From: Minisyncoccota bacterium
GTDB lineage: Bacteria > Patescibacteriota > Minisyncoccia > Phycocordibacterales > UBA9973
Reading direction: 5' to 3'
NCBI GenBank assembly: GCA_041674285.1
Contig: JBAYVZ010000005.1
Coordinates: forward strand, 5,176 to 69,175
DNA: 64,000 nt
Numbering within the stretch: position 1 is the stretch's first letter; each line of letters opens with the position of its first letter. This document shows positions 18,464 to 27,733 of the stretch, one piece after another. The notes under the pieces were generated by a model, which ran no database searches, had not been told where the DNA came from, and saw only the letters and a list, made by a program, of their open reading frames with translations. The translations under genes were made by a program, and so were the position numbers.

Positions 18464-19634
18464 TTACTTTTAATCCTAGGTACGGGTTGCTCTGTGGGCC
18501 ATGGAAACCGATATGAGTATGTGGGCCTGTAGATTTACCAGTATTACCTACATAACCAATAATCTGACCTCTTTTTACCTTATCCCCAGGCTGTACAAGA
18601 ACTTTGCTCATATGACCAAATATGGCTTGTCTACCATCTGTAAAGTCGATAACCACATAAAGACCATATCCTCCATTGTATCCAGTAGGGCGGGCAATCA
18701 AGACAGATCCATCATATATAGCGTATATAGGTGTACCCTTTGGTGCGGCAAAGTCATAAGCATTGTCTCCATGTAGACCTTGGGATATACGCCCTATACC
18801 CCTTGGGAATGGCCAGATATAGCTACTTGAGATTGAGCCGTCTGGCTGACCACTAGAAGCAGGATCTTCTTTAGGCTCTTCGACTATATTTTTAACCTCT
18901 TTTACAGGGACAGCTTCTACTACGACGGGAGCTGGGGCAGGAGTCGGAGCTTGTGCTACTAGCTTTTTAGGCTGTTCGATTAACTTTTCTGAAGAAGTAG
19001 TCTTTTTCTCTGGTGTTTTTGAAGTCACCTTGATTTCTGGAGCTTTTTCGGCCTTTTCAGTCACCTTTGGTACATTCACAGGGATGATAGATAGGACTTG
19101 ACCCACTTTTAGGACTTCGCCCTTCTTTAAGCTGGCAGCATAAACTACTGAATCCTTGGAAACCTTTAATTTTCGAGCGATACCATCTATTGTATCTCCC
19201 TTTTTAACTATATAATTACTGATTTTCTCTGTTGTAGCGTATTTTTGGACGTCATTGTTGCCTAGGAAGCCCTCTGTGGCCTCTATAGCCTGCTCACCGA
19301 CAGTCCCTTGACTTAAATCTATAACTGTATTCTTTAGTTCTGGGGTTAGATTTGATTCAAGAAGAGGGACTGTTTGCGAGTTGTGGGGCATATCTCCGGT
19401 AGACTCGGGAACAACAGAGGCATAGGTATCTGACCCTACAATAGCGCTAAATACATCCCCAAAAAAACTAGCAGAAGCAGTACTAGGAGCCAGTGATACC
19501 GACAAAACAAGGACCAAAGAAAAACAAGCTTTCATAGTAAAAGCTTTATTTTGCAAGGCTATTTTTGGAAAACTGGCTTTCTGCTCTAGGAGCTCGTGGC
19601 GCAGATTTTCCTTTTTAAAGAAAAATGATTGCAT
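18435..19634 (-). CDS. Secreted LysM-domain M23 (LytM-type) metallo-endopeptidase
   Basis: LysM (YIVKKGDTIDGIARKLKVS), a Pro/Ala-rich linker, and M23 motifs HGDNAYDFAA and GYVGNTGKSTGPHTH. The signal peptide (MKACFSLVLVLSVSLAPSTASA) suggests the true start is about 19535. Confidence 0.75.
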   Translation of the reverse strand: MQSFFFKKENLRHELLEQKASFPKIALQNKAFTMKACFSLVLVLSVSLAPSTASASFFGDVFSAIVGSDTYASVVPESTGDMPHNSQTVPLLESNLTPELKNTVIDLSQGTVGEQAIEATEGFLGNNDVQKYATTEKISNYIVKKGDTIDGIARKLKVSKDSVVYAASLKKGEVLKVGQVLSIIPVNVPKVTEKAEKAPEIKVTSKTPEKKTTSSEKLIEQPKKLVAQAPTPAPAPVVVEAVPVKEVKNIVEEPKEDPASSGQPDGSISSSYIWPFPRGIGRISQGLHGDNAYDFAAPKGTPIYAIYDGSVLIARPTGYNGGYGLYVVIDFTDGRQAIFGHMSKVLVQPGDKVKRGQIIGYVGNTGKSTGPHTHIGFHGPQSNPYLGLKVNARDFQPND

Positions 19635-19750
19635 AAGAAATGTGGGCGTACGGACAGGCGGTCATCTGAGGGAAACTATCCACTATTCTGTATTGCAGGG
19701 GTATATTCCCCCTGTCTATATATGGTACCGCAGGGGGTATATGTAGTCAA

Positions 19751-19782
19751 CCATAGTTATGCACATATGTGCATAACTATGG
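19751..19782. promoter_or_regulatory. 32-bp perfect palindrome (candidate operator)
   Basis: CCATAGTTATGCACATATGTGCATAACTATGG lies about 100 nt upstream of the 999-aa gene. Confidence 0.4.
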
Positions 19783-19882
19783 GAAAACATAGGCACCGAG
19801 AATGGGGGTATTTTCTTTGACAACACACAACTTAATATTGTAAAATATAGGTACTTTTAACAATAAAACTTATAAATATATT

Positions 19883-22882
19883 ATGTCAGGACACGAATCA
19901 CATGGGCACGAAAAAAAAGTTGTCATCCGAAAACCTATCAAAAAATATGAAAAGGAGGAAAATATAACTGATGAATATATAGAAAACCTGGGGGCAGAAC
20001 TCATAATAATAAGAGACCAGCTGGCAGATCTAGAGGAGAGAATGCACGGGAAACTGAGCTCAAAGGATAAACACGACATAGAACACCTAATACATGAAAA
20101 AACAGAGAGGGAAATACATCTCTTAAATGAACAGGCTCGTGCTTTTATTTATTCCATAAAAGAAGAAGAGGCACTAACAAAAGCAAGAGAGAGGGTAAAT
20201 TTTTTAAAAAAAGACATTCCCCATGAGAAAATCCCAGAACTAAAAAAGAAAAAAGAGAATGAGCTTACTGAACTAGAAGAAAACATAATTACACAAAGCT
20301 TAAAAGCAGAAAAGAACAAGGAAAATATTGAGGATGCAAAAATACAAATTCAATTAAATAGAACTCGATCTGAGTATGCAAAAGAATTCAAAAAGCACAA
20401 TAAAGGAATTAAAACGAGGAAGGCAATAGACTCTGTATCTACTTATTTAAAAAATATCGGAATAAAGACAAAGAACAAATTAAACTCAATAAGACCATCC
20501 TCTTGGGATTGGACACGGGATGATTTTGCAAAGGGGAATAATGGACAAAAAAACCTTTTAAAGAAAAAAGATATTTCAGAGTATGAGACACCTGAGCTAA
20601 AAGCAAAGAGGGGAGCCTATGATGCAGCTCGTCTTGCTTTTGCAGATAGAATGTACGAGAAGAGAAAAAACGAGCTCGCAAGCGCAAGCTCAATAACAGA
20701 AGAAGCAGCAGTGGAAGAACTCAGAGAAAAAGAACTTCACAAAGCAGAAGCAAGTGGTGTGAATATGAGCCTGGACGACATAAAAGAATGGGAAGAAATA
20801 TTTAAGCGTAAAGTAAAATCCGGTGAATACAAAGATGAAATAGAAGAAATAAAAAACAGAGGAAAGATAGATTCTACAGAACAGATAAGGAGATTACAAC
20901 AATTTAAGGCAAAAGAAATACTTCAAAAAACTTTCTTTGATGAAAGAAGGAGGGTATATGAGGAGAGTGGTGTACCAGAGAGGGGTGCAGTTTTGAAATT
21001 GATGCATGGGTATGCGAGCCTGCCAAGATGGAAAAGAATCACACTGTCTACAATACTATTCACTGCTGGTGGAGTAACAGGGGCAATCCCATTCGCCCCT
21101 TTTGCTGGAGCAATGATAGCAAAATACGGCATAATATCTTACGCCGGGATGAGATTTGGTTTAAGTGCTTTTACAGCAGGAGTAGCAACAGAGGGCGCAA
21201 GGGGAGCAGATCGGTGGAATCACAAAAAAGATGAAGAATTTAAAAAAGAACAAGCGAGAAAAAGAAAAGAATCAGAGGATCAATTTGCAAATGGAGAGAT
21301 AAGCAAAGAAACACATGAAAAAAATCTTATTTCCATAGAAATAGATGAAAATGAAGATAGAAAAAAAAGAATGAGAATAAAGGCTGTAGTTGGAACACTA
21401 CTAGGTGTTGGAGCGGGAGCTGGGGCTTATCAATTAATAGGTGGAATGATGACCCCAGAAAATGAACACATAACACCACCAATGACAAAAGGAGAGCACT
21501 TTACTAAAGCGCCTGCACCAGTTCAACTAGAAAAAACCCTCGATGAATTTGCAGTGAAAGCAGACAGGGTAGAGGCAGTACCTACACCCCCAGCACCGAT
21601 TAGTACAGGAGGAGATCCAGTAATGTTAAAATACCCAGATCTAAATATCGACCAGACAGAGTTTAAAAATATGGAAGGGGGGCTAGCTACTACATCAGAT
21701 TTCACTCCACATACTACAGCAGATGAATTCAACCCAGGTAATTCAAATGCAGACCAAACACCTGCAGTAGAAAAACCAAAATACAATTTTGGAGATTATA
21801 ATCCAGATGAAAGGAATCTCAACCAAGAGAATCCTGAATCCGGGGAGAGATTAGAACTACCAAAGACCCCAGCCCCAGAGGGGCAAGAGAACCCTGAATC
21901 TGGAGAAAGGTTAGATATACCAGAGACTCCAGATCCAACTGGCCAAGAGAACCCTGAATCTGGAGAAAGGTTAGATATACCAGAGACTACAGGGGATGCA
22001 ACAGAGCCAAAAATAGAGAGTCCTACATCTACAGAAAATACAAATACTGAATCTGATATAAATAATAGTACTGAAAAGCCTAAACTTAAAATAAATTTTG
22101 AAGAGACTCAGAAGATCCAAGAAAATCAATTGACTGAACTTAAAAATGAACTAGGCGAAAAAGAATACAACAAGATAATTAAAGATCTAGAATCTAAAAA
22201 CATTCCCTACAAATCAGACTCAACGGCATTCCGAACAATTTCAATAGGAGAAAGTACTAATGAAAATTTTGCGAGAACTATTGCTAGAAATTATGCTGGT
22301 TCTCAGGTTCTAGAACAAACAGGTCAAACACAAGCAACAATAGGTAGTAGCCGAATCTTAGATTCACACATGTACAAACTTCCTAACGGGGAATACCGAA
22401 GTGTGATAATATTTGAAACAGAAAAAGTAAACGGGCAAGATGTTGGCGAGCTTTTAAACACAGAAAAAAGCCCAATAACAGAAGTCCCAGAGAGCACTGG
22501 AAATGGGGAAGAAATGAAAATCAACCCTCAGGAGACAAAAGGAAGTATGGAGGCTCCAAACATAGAAAGTGAGACTAACCTTGCCATTGAAAATATAATA
22601 AAGGAAGGGAAATACAAGGATATAGTTAAAAACGTAGAAATGCTTGGTTATAAATTTGAAGGGTCTCGCAGTGCAGATGTTACTGTTCTAAAATTCCTAG
22701 AATCTTACAAGTCTGGTGAATACACATTAGCAATAGACTCAGCAGATGCTCCTACACACAATCTTGCGTCTCAAGCAATTAGCCAGAGACAAGACCTCGT
22801 AAACACAGCAGAAAAAATGAATCTATGGAAAAAAACTGACAGTGGATATCATATGATTTCTATTCGTTTAATCAAAAAATAA
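19883..22882 (+). CDS. Giant (999 aa) coiled-coil membrane protein with tandem 20-aa repeats
   Basis: K/E-rich coiled coil of about 330 aa at the N-terminus, two TM helices (ITLSTILFTAGGVTGAIPF ... ), and QENPESGERL[DE][IL]P[EK]TP repeated three times. Confidence 0.4.
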   Translation: MSGHESHGHEKKVVIRKPIKKYEKEENITDEYIENLGAELIIIRDQLADLEERMHGKLSSKDKHDIEHLIHEKTEREIHLLNEQARAFIYSIKEEEALTKARERVNFLKKDIPHEKIPELKKKKENELTELEENIITQSLKAEKNKENIEDAKIQIQLNRTRSEYAKEFKKHNKGIKTRKAIDSVSTYLKNIGIKTKNKLNSIRPSSWDWTRDDFAKGNNGQKNLLKKKDISEYETPELKAKRGAYDAARLAFADRMYEKRKNELASASSITEEAAVEELREKELHKAEASGVNMSLDDIKEWEEIFKRKVKSGEYKDEIEEIKNRGKIDSTEQIRRLQQFKAKEILQKTFFDERRRVYEESGVPERGAVLKLMHGYASLPRWKRITLSTILFTAGGVTGAIPFAPFAGAMIAKYGIISYAGMRFGLSAFTAGVATEGARGADRWNHKKDEEFKKEQARKRKESEDQFANGEISKETHEKNLISIEIDENEDRKKRMRIKAVVGTLLGVGAGAGAYQLIGGMMTPENEHITPPMTKGEHFTKAPAPVQLEKTLDEFAVKADRVEAVPTPPAPISTGGDPVMLKYPDLNIDQTEFKNMEGGLATTSDFTPHTTADEFNPGNSNADQTPAVEKPKYNFGDYNPDERNLNQENPESGERLELPKTPAPEGQENPESGERLDIPETPDPTGQENPESGERLDIPETTGDATEPKIESPTSTENTNTESDINNSTEKPKLKINFEETQKIQENQLTELKNELGEKEYNKIIKDLESKNIPYKSDSTAFRTISIGESTNENFARTIARNYAGSQVLEQTGQTQATIGSSRILDSHMYKLPNGEYRSVIIFETEKVNGQDVGELLNTEKSPITEVPESTGNGEEMKINPQETKGSMEAPNIESETNLAIENIIKEGKYKDIVKNVEMLGYKFEGSRSADVTVLKFLESYKSGEYTLAIDSADAPTHNLASQAISQRQDLVNTAEKMNLWKKTDSGYHMISIRLIKK
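21823..21990 (+). repeat. Tandem 60-nt in-frame coding repeat (about 2.8 units)
   Basis: Units 2 and 3 are identical over about 50 nt (CCAAGAGAACCCTGAATCTGGAGAAAGGTTAGATATACCAGAGACT). Confidence 0.7.
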
Positions 22883-22902
22883 TTATTAATTAATAAAAAT
22901 AT

Positions 22903-23211
22903 ATGGATACAAAAATAAAAAATGATATAGTTTCTATCCTTGGTATAGATTCACTACCAAAAGAAGAACAGGAGGAAGTGTACATGCAGTTCGGTGCGAT
23001 CATCTATATGGAGGTCATGACTCGTGCTATGGATATACTATCCGAAGATGATCAAAATATCCTGGATAAATTAATCCAAGAGAATCCTGATCCAGAAGTA
23101 ATGTTCACATTTCTAGCAGAAAAAATCCCAAACCTAGATGAGATAGTTCGGGAAGAAGCAGAAAAGGTTCACAAAGAAGCAGGAGATCTGATGAGTAAAG
23201 TAGGTCAATAA
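22903..23211 (+). CDS. Small acidic hypothetical protein
   Basis: 102-aa ORF followed by a terminator. Confidence 0.35.
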   Translation: MDTKIKNDIVSILGIDSLPKEEQEEVYMQFGAIIYMEVMTRAMDILSEDDQNILDKLIQENPDPEVMFTFLAEKIPNLDEIVREEAEKVHKEAGDLMSKVGQ

Positions 23212-23219
23212 TACAAAAG

Positions 23220-23240
23220 AAAAACGCCTTTGGCGTTTTT
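23220..23240 (+). terminator. Rho-independent terminator
   Basis: AAAAACGCC-ttt-GGCGTTTTT. Confidence 0.6.
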
Positions 23241-23264
23241 CTTTTGTTCTGTATAATAGAACCA

Positions 23265-23391
23265 ATGTCTCCCGTTAGAGATTCGCTTGTTATATTTCTA
23301 ATTTGAGGTGATTTGCAAAATGAATGTCGTATTATTTACTATATATTAACAAAGGGCGGTAATGTAAACATTACCTATCTCTAACGGGATG
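23265..23391 (+). repeat. A-element copy A5
   Basis: TCTCCCGTTAGAGAT ... GGTAATGT-aaac-ACATTACC-t-ATCTCTAACGGG-ATG. Extended -10 TGTATAAT at 23249-23256 sits just upstream. Confidence 0.85.
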
Positions 23392-25320
23392 GATTATCTA
23401 AATACACTAAATGAAAAGCAGAAAGAAGCGGTCCTTCAGACAGAGGGGCCGCTTCTGATTGTAGCAGGGGCCGGAGCAGGAAAGACCAAGACTCTAACAC
23501 ATCGAATCGTACATATAGTACATGGTGGAGTGAAGCCAGAGAATATACTAGCAGTTACTTTTACCAATAAAGCCGCAAAAGAGATGAGAGAAAGAGTGAT
23601 AGGACTACTTTCACAGAGGGAAAACGGTGCCCCCGCTGGTGGACATAGTGGTTATCCATTTGTTTCTACATTTCACGCACTCGGAGTAAGAATTATAAAG
23701 GAGAATGCGCACTTACTAGGCCTGACAAAGCACTTTGTCATAGCAGATGACGATGACTGCATGAAGATTATCAAGGAATCTCTCAAGACCCGCGACATAG
23801 ACCCAAAGCAGTATGAGCCGAGAAAGATCAAGAGTATCATTTCTCGAGCAAAGGGGGATTTTATAAACATAGATAAATTCTCAAATGAAGTAAAATCAGG
23901 ATTTGAAAGTGTGGTCGCTACTATCTGGCGTGACTATGAAAGAACTCTTAAATCAGAAAAGGCTCTAGACTTTGATGACCTATTGATCGAGACTGTGATG
24001 ATTTTGAAAAAGTATCCAGAAGTAAAACTACACTATCAAAATCAATGGCAGTATATCCATGTGGATGAATATCAGGATACCAATGAGGTACAGTATGAGA
24101 TGGTAAAGCTACTCGTAGGACCCAGGGAGAATATCTGTGTAGTGGGTGATACAGATCAGAATATCTATAGTTGGCGCGGAGCAAATATAAAGAACATGCT
24201 TCATTTTGAAAAAGATTATCCGAAAACTGTGATTGTGATGCTCGAACAGAATTACCGATCCACAAAGAATATAATCGAGGCAGCAAACAATGTGATAAAT
24301 AAAAATGTATTCCGAGTGCCAAAGACGCTCTTCACAGAAAAGGAGACAGGGGAGGATATCACAATATACGAGGCCTTCGACGAGATATATGAGGGGCAGT
24401 ATGTAGCAAATCAGATCCATGAATTGCTCCGTGAAAATAAACCCGAAGATATAGCTATACTCTATCGTGCGAATTTCCAATCCCGCGTATTAGAGGAAGC
24501 GATGCTTTCAAAAAATATCCCATACCAAGTCCTCGGTACAAAGTTCTTTGACCGAAAAGAAATTAAAGATGTCCTATCTTATCTACGTGCAGCATTGAAT
24601 CGTGATAGTCTGTCAGACATCAAGAGGGTGATCAATACTCCCGCTCGAGGTATCGGAAAAGTGACTCTAGTAAAACTATTCTCCGGAGGAATCAATGACT
24701 TGCCAGCTAGTATGCAGATGAAGATCAGTAACTTCTACAATTTACTAGATGAGATCCATGAATACGCCATGGTGAACAAGCCAAGTGAAATAATAAAATT
24801 CATCATTGAGCGTAGTGGACTAGAAGAAGAACTTAAAAAGGGCACTAGCGATGACCTAGAGAGACTAGAAAACATGAAGGAACTAGTGACACTCGCCATC
24901 CGATACGATGGTTTCGATATCGAGGAGGGTATAGATAAAATACTCGAAGACGCAGCACTATCTAGTGATCAAGACAGCCTGATAAACAAGCCAAAACCAG
25001 GAGGAGTACGCCTGATGACTGTGCACGCATCCAAAGGCCTTGAATTCAAATACGTATTTATCACAGGCCTTGAAAAAGATTTATTCCCGCACTCACGCCC
25101 CGGTGGAGGCAAGAAGGAGGATAGCGAGGAGGAGCGCAGACTATTCTATGTAGCACTGACTCGCGCCGAGAAAAAGCTATATCTATGCTATGCATCACTA
25201 CGAACAATATTCGGTATGAAGCAGGTAAATACCCCTAGTGAATTCCTAGAAGACATACCATCACACCTAGTAGAGTATGATAGGGGTGGCGGAAATGGAG
25301 AAAGGATTGTGTATATTTAA
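23389..25320 (+). CDS. UvrD/PcrA/Rep-family ATP-dependent DNA helicase
   Basis: AGAGAGKTKTL Walker A, VDEYQDTN, and the full set of SF1 motifs. Confidence 0.85.
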   Translation: MDYLNTLNEKQKEAVLQTEGPLLIVAGAGAGKTKTLTHRIVHIVHGGVKPENILAVTFTNKAAKEMRERVIGLLSQRENGAPAGGHSGYPFVSTFHALGVRIIKENAHLLGLTKHFVIADDDDCMKIIKESLKTRDIDPKQYEPRKIKSIISRAKGDFINIDKFSNEVKSGFESVVATIWRDYERTLKSEKALDFDDLLIETVMILKKYPEVKLHYQNQWQYIHVDEYQDTNEVQYEMVKLLVGPRENICVVGDTDQNIYSWRGANIKNMLHFEKDYPKTVIVMLEQNYRSTKNIIEAANNVINKNVFRVPKTLFTEKETGEDITIYEAFDEIYEGQYVANQIHELLRENKPEDIAILYRANFQSRVLEEAMLSKNIPYQVLGTKFFDRKEIKDVLSYLRAALNRDSLSDIKRVINTPARGIGKVTLVKLFSGGINDLPASMQMKISNFYNLLDEIHEYAMVNKPSEIIKFIIERSGLEEELKKGTSDDLERLENMKELVTLAIRYDGFDIEEGIDKILEDAALSSDQDSLINKPKPGGVRLMTVHASKGLEFKYVFITGLEKDLFPHSRPGGGKKEDSEEERRLFYVALTRAEKKLYLCYASLRTIFGMKQVNTPSEFLEDIPSHLVEYDRGGGNGERIVYI

Positions 25321-25560
25321 CTGCTTCGTAGATTAATTCTCGGACTCAGCACGAATATTTTTCTGTTGAAAAATTTTTTCCTATGGTCTGCTATGCAACG
25401 ACCATTTCGCTTCACGAACCGGATGAAATGAAAAGAAGTTTTCATTTCATTACCCGCGCTCAAGAAAATAATATTCGTCAACTCATTTATTTTCTAAGCT
25501 CCTGCGCAAGACTTCGCTCGAGAACAAATCTACTTCGCAAAAATATGGTAGTATAAAAAC

Positions 25561-26340
25561 ATGATTCATAAAGCTAAAAAATCACTAGGGCAAAACTTTC
25601 TCAAGAGCAAACCAGCATTGAATATGATGATTAGTGCCGGCGAGGTAGGGAATGCAGATACTATAGTAGAGATCGGTCCGGGTAAAGGCGCTCTCACAGA
25701 GAAACTCCTTGAAAATGCGGGACATGTCATTGCGATTGAAAAAGATCGTGATCTTATAGACTTTCTGAAAGAAAAGTTCGCGACAGAAATAGAAAACGGG
25801 AAATTTGAATTAGTGCAAGGGGATTGTCTGGAGTGGAATCCGAGTGCACTAAAAGCAAAAAGCTACAAGCTAATAGCAAATATCCCATATAATATAACCG
25901 GTGCAATACTAAAAAAATTCCTCTCTGAAGAAAATCAGCCAGAGCGCATGGTGCTATTAGTCCAAAAGGAAGTAGCCGAGAGGATAGTGGCCCGAGACGG
26001 CAAGGAGAGCATACTGTCTATCAGCGTAAAAGCATATGGTACACCTAAATACATGATGAAAGTAGAAAAAAGATTCTTTTCTCCGGCACCAAAGGTAGAT
26101 TCTGCCATTATCGCTATAACAGCTATATCAAAAAAGAATTTCAAGGATCAGGAACAAGAAAATAAATTCTTTGAAATACTAAAATCTGGATTTGCCCACA
26201 AGAGAAAGGTGCTAAAGAAAAATCTAGAGGACACCCTACTAAAAGAAAAGATATCTGAATTATTCAAAACATACAATATAAATGAAAAAGTTAGAGCAGA
26301 GGACATAAAACTCCAAAACTGGCTTGATTTCGTAAAATAA
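25561..26340 (+). CDS. rsmA: 16S rRNA (adenine1518/1519-N6)-dimethyltransferase
   Basis: KKSLGQNFL..., VEIGPGKGALT, NIPYNIT. Confidence 0.85.
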   Translation: MIHKAKKSLGQNFLKSKPALNMMISAGEVGNADTIVEIGPGKGALTEKLLENAGHVIAIEKDRDLIDFLKEKFATEIENGKFELVQGDCLEWNPSALKAKSYKLIANIPYNITGAILKKFLSEENQPERMVLLVQKEVAERIVARDGKESILSISVKAYGTPKYMMKVEKRFFSPAPKVDSAIIAITAISKKNFKDQEQENKFFEILKSGFAHKRKVLKKNLEDTLLKEKISELFKTYNINEKVRAEDIKLQNWLDFVK

Positions 26341-26378
26341 AAACCTTACAGGTCCGACCTGTAAGGTTTTTATTTTAT
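26341..26378. terminator. Bidirectional hairpin terminator
   Basis: AAACCTTACAGG-tccgac-CTGTAAGGTTT followed by a T-run. Confidence 0.6.
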
Positions 26379-26382
26379 TTAA

Positions 26383-26763
26383 TTAGAAAGATGTACCTAC
26401 AAATTTGATAGTGCCCTTTGATGCTGTAATTGGCTCGCAGGGAGTACCCAACATAAGACATGACCCACCAGAACTATACTGACCCAAGAGATAGCTACCT
26501 TGTTTTACGGTACCCCGAGAATAAGTCTTTGTTCCGGCCAGAGGAGAATACAGATATGTACCACTACTGCCCTTGGGTCCACTGATGGTCAACAGATAAT
26601 CCCCTGGACTACAAGTACAAGACTCTTTTACCATCACTTTTCCTCCAAAATAACTTCCACTATAAGAAGCCTCTGTCTCTGTGTATGGGAATAGTGGTGA
26701 CATAAACAAACAAATTAAAATTAACAACCCGAGTTTTTTCAAATCTACTAGAATATTTTGCAT
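26383..26763 (-). CDS. Small secreted hypothetical protein
   Basis: Signal peptide LGLLILICLFMSPLF. Confidence 0.35.
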   Translation of the reverse strand: MQNILVDLKKLGLLILICLFMSPLFPYTETEASYSGSYFGGKVMVKESCTCSPGDYLLTISGPKGSSGTYLYSPLAGTKTYSRGTVKQGSYLLGQYSSGGSCLMLGTPCEPITASKGTIKFVGTSF

Positions 26764-26785
26764 ACATATATGATATAATATTTTT

Positions 26786-27733
26786 GTGAATAAAGAAAAT
26801 AAAAAATCTTATCTCCCTAGTCACGAATTCGTGGCCAGAGTCATCATCCTCGTCCTACTACTAGGGGCTGCAGTAGGGGGCAATGCTCTATATAAATACT
26901 TTAAAAACAAAAAAGACAATAAATCCACCTCTATCCCCACAGACACCATCAGACTCGAGAGTGGGCTGACTGTTTCAGATGTGATGTCAAAGGATTCAAA
27001 TAAAAATGGAATAGCAGATTGGGAGGAATCTCTATGGGGCCTAGATCCTAAATCTGATGGTTTTTCAAATAAAACAATAATAGACAATAAAAAGAAAGCC
27101 CTAAATACACAAAATGGGACAATGGACACAAATACAGAAGAAAAAGAGGACGAAACAAAAAAATTAGCTATAGAATTCTTCTCTTCTTTTATGTCTCTCA
27201 AGGAATCTGGAGCTTTAAATACAAATGCCGTCGAGAACTTAACTTCAGTTATAGGGCAAGAAGTAGGGAATACAGAAACACCAGATACATACATAGGTAA
27301 TAGTATAAAAACAACCAAATCAAACAAAGAAAATCTTGCAAAATACCAAAAAGACCTCGAAAATATAATAACAAAGCACGAAAACAGATTGCCAGGCACA
27401 GAACTCGAAATAATGGCTCGCGCCATGGAAAATGAAGATAGTGCTCTCATCGGAGATCTAGCTCAGATATCAAACGAATACAGGAGCCTGGCAAAAGACA
27501 TGACCACAATAACAGCGCCGATGAATGTGGCGCAAAATCATCTTTTGCTTATAAATGCTTATGACAAGATTGGTATATCTATAATCAAAATGTCCGACGC
27601 ATTAACAAATCCTGTAGCTGCAGCCACAGGCACCGCAATGTATACAAGATATACAAATGAGATCAACCAAATAGTAGAAGAAATGAAGACAACATTTATA
27701 GATAATGGTATACTTGAAAAAGATGCGAACTAG
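26786..27733 (+). CDS. Membrane-anchored hypothetical protein (first gene of the T4SS-like island)
   Basis: N-terminal TM VIILVLLLGAAVGG. Confidence 0.35.
   Translation: MNKENKKSYLPSHEFVARVIILVLLLGAAVGGNALYKYFKNKKDNKSTSIPTDTIRLESGLTVSDVMSKDSNKNGIADWEESLWGLDPKSDGFSNKTIIDNKKKALNTQNGTMDTNTEEKEDETKKLAIEFFSSFMSLKESGALNTNAVENLTSVIGQEVGNTETPDTYIGNSIKTTKSNKENLAKYQKDLENIITKHENRLPGTELEIMARAMENEDSALIGDLAQISNEYRSLAKDMTTITAPMNVAQNHLLLINAYDKIGISIIKMSDALTNPVAAATGTAMYTRYTNEINQIVEEMKTTFIDNGILEKDAN

Noticed and set aside
21823-21990. Tandem direct repeats read as a possible CRISPR array.
   Set aside because: The units are 60 nt with no spacer structure. They lie in-frame inside a long ORF and encode a repeated peptide. 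No cas genes are present.
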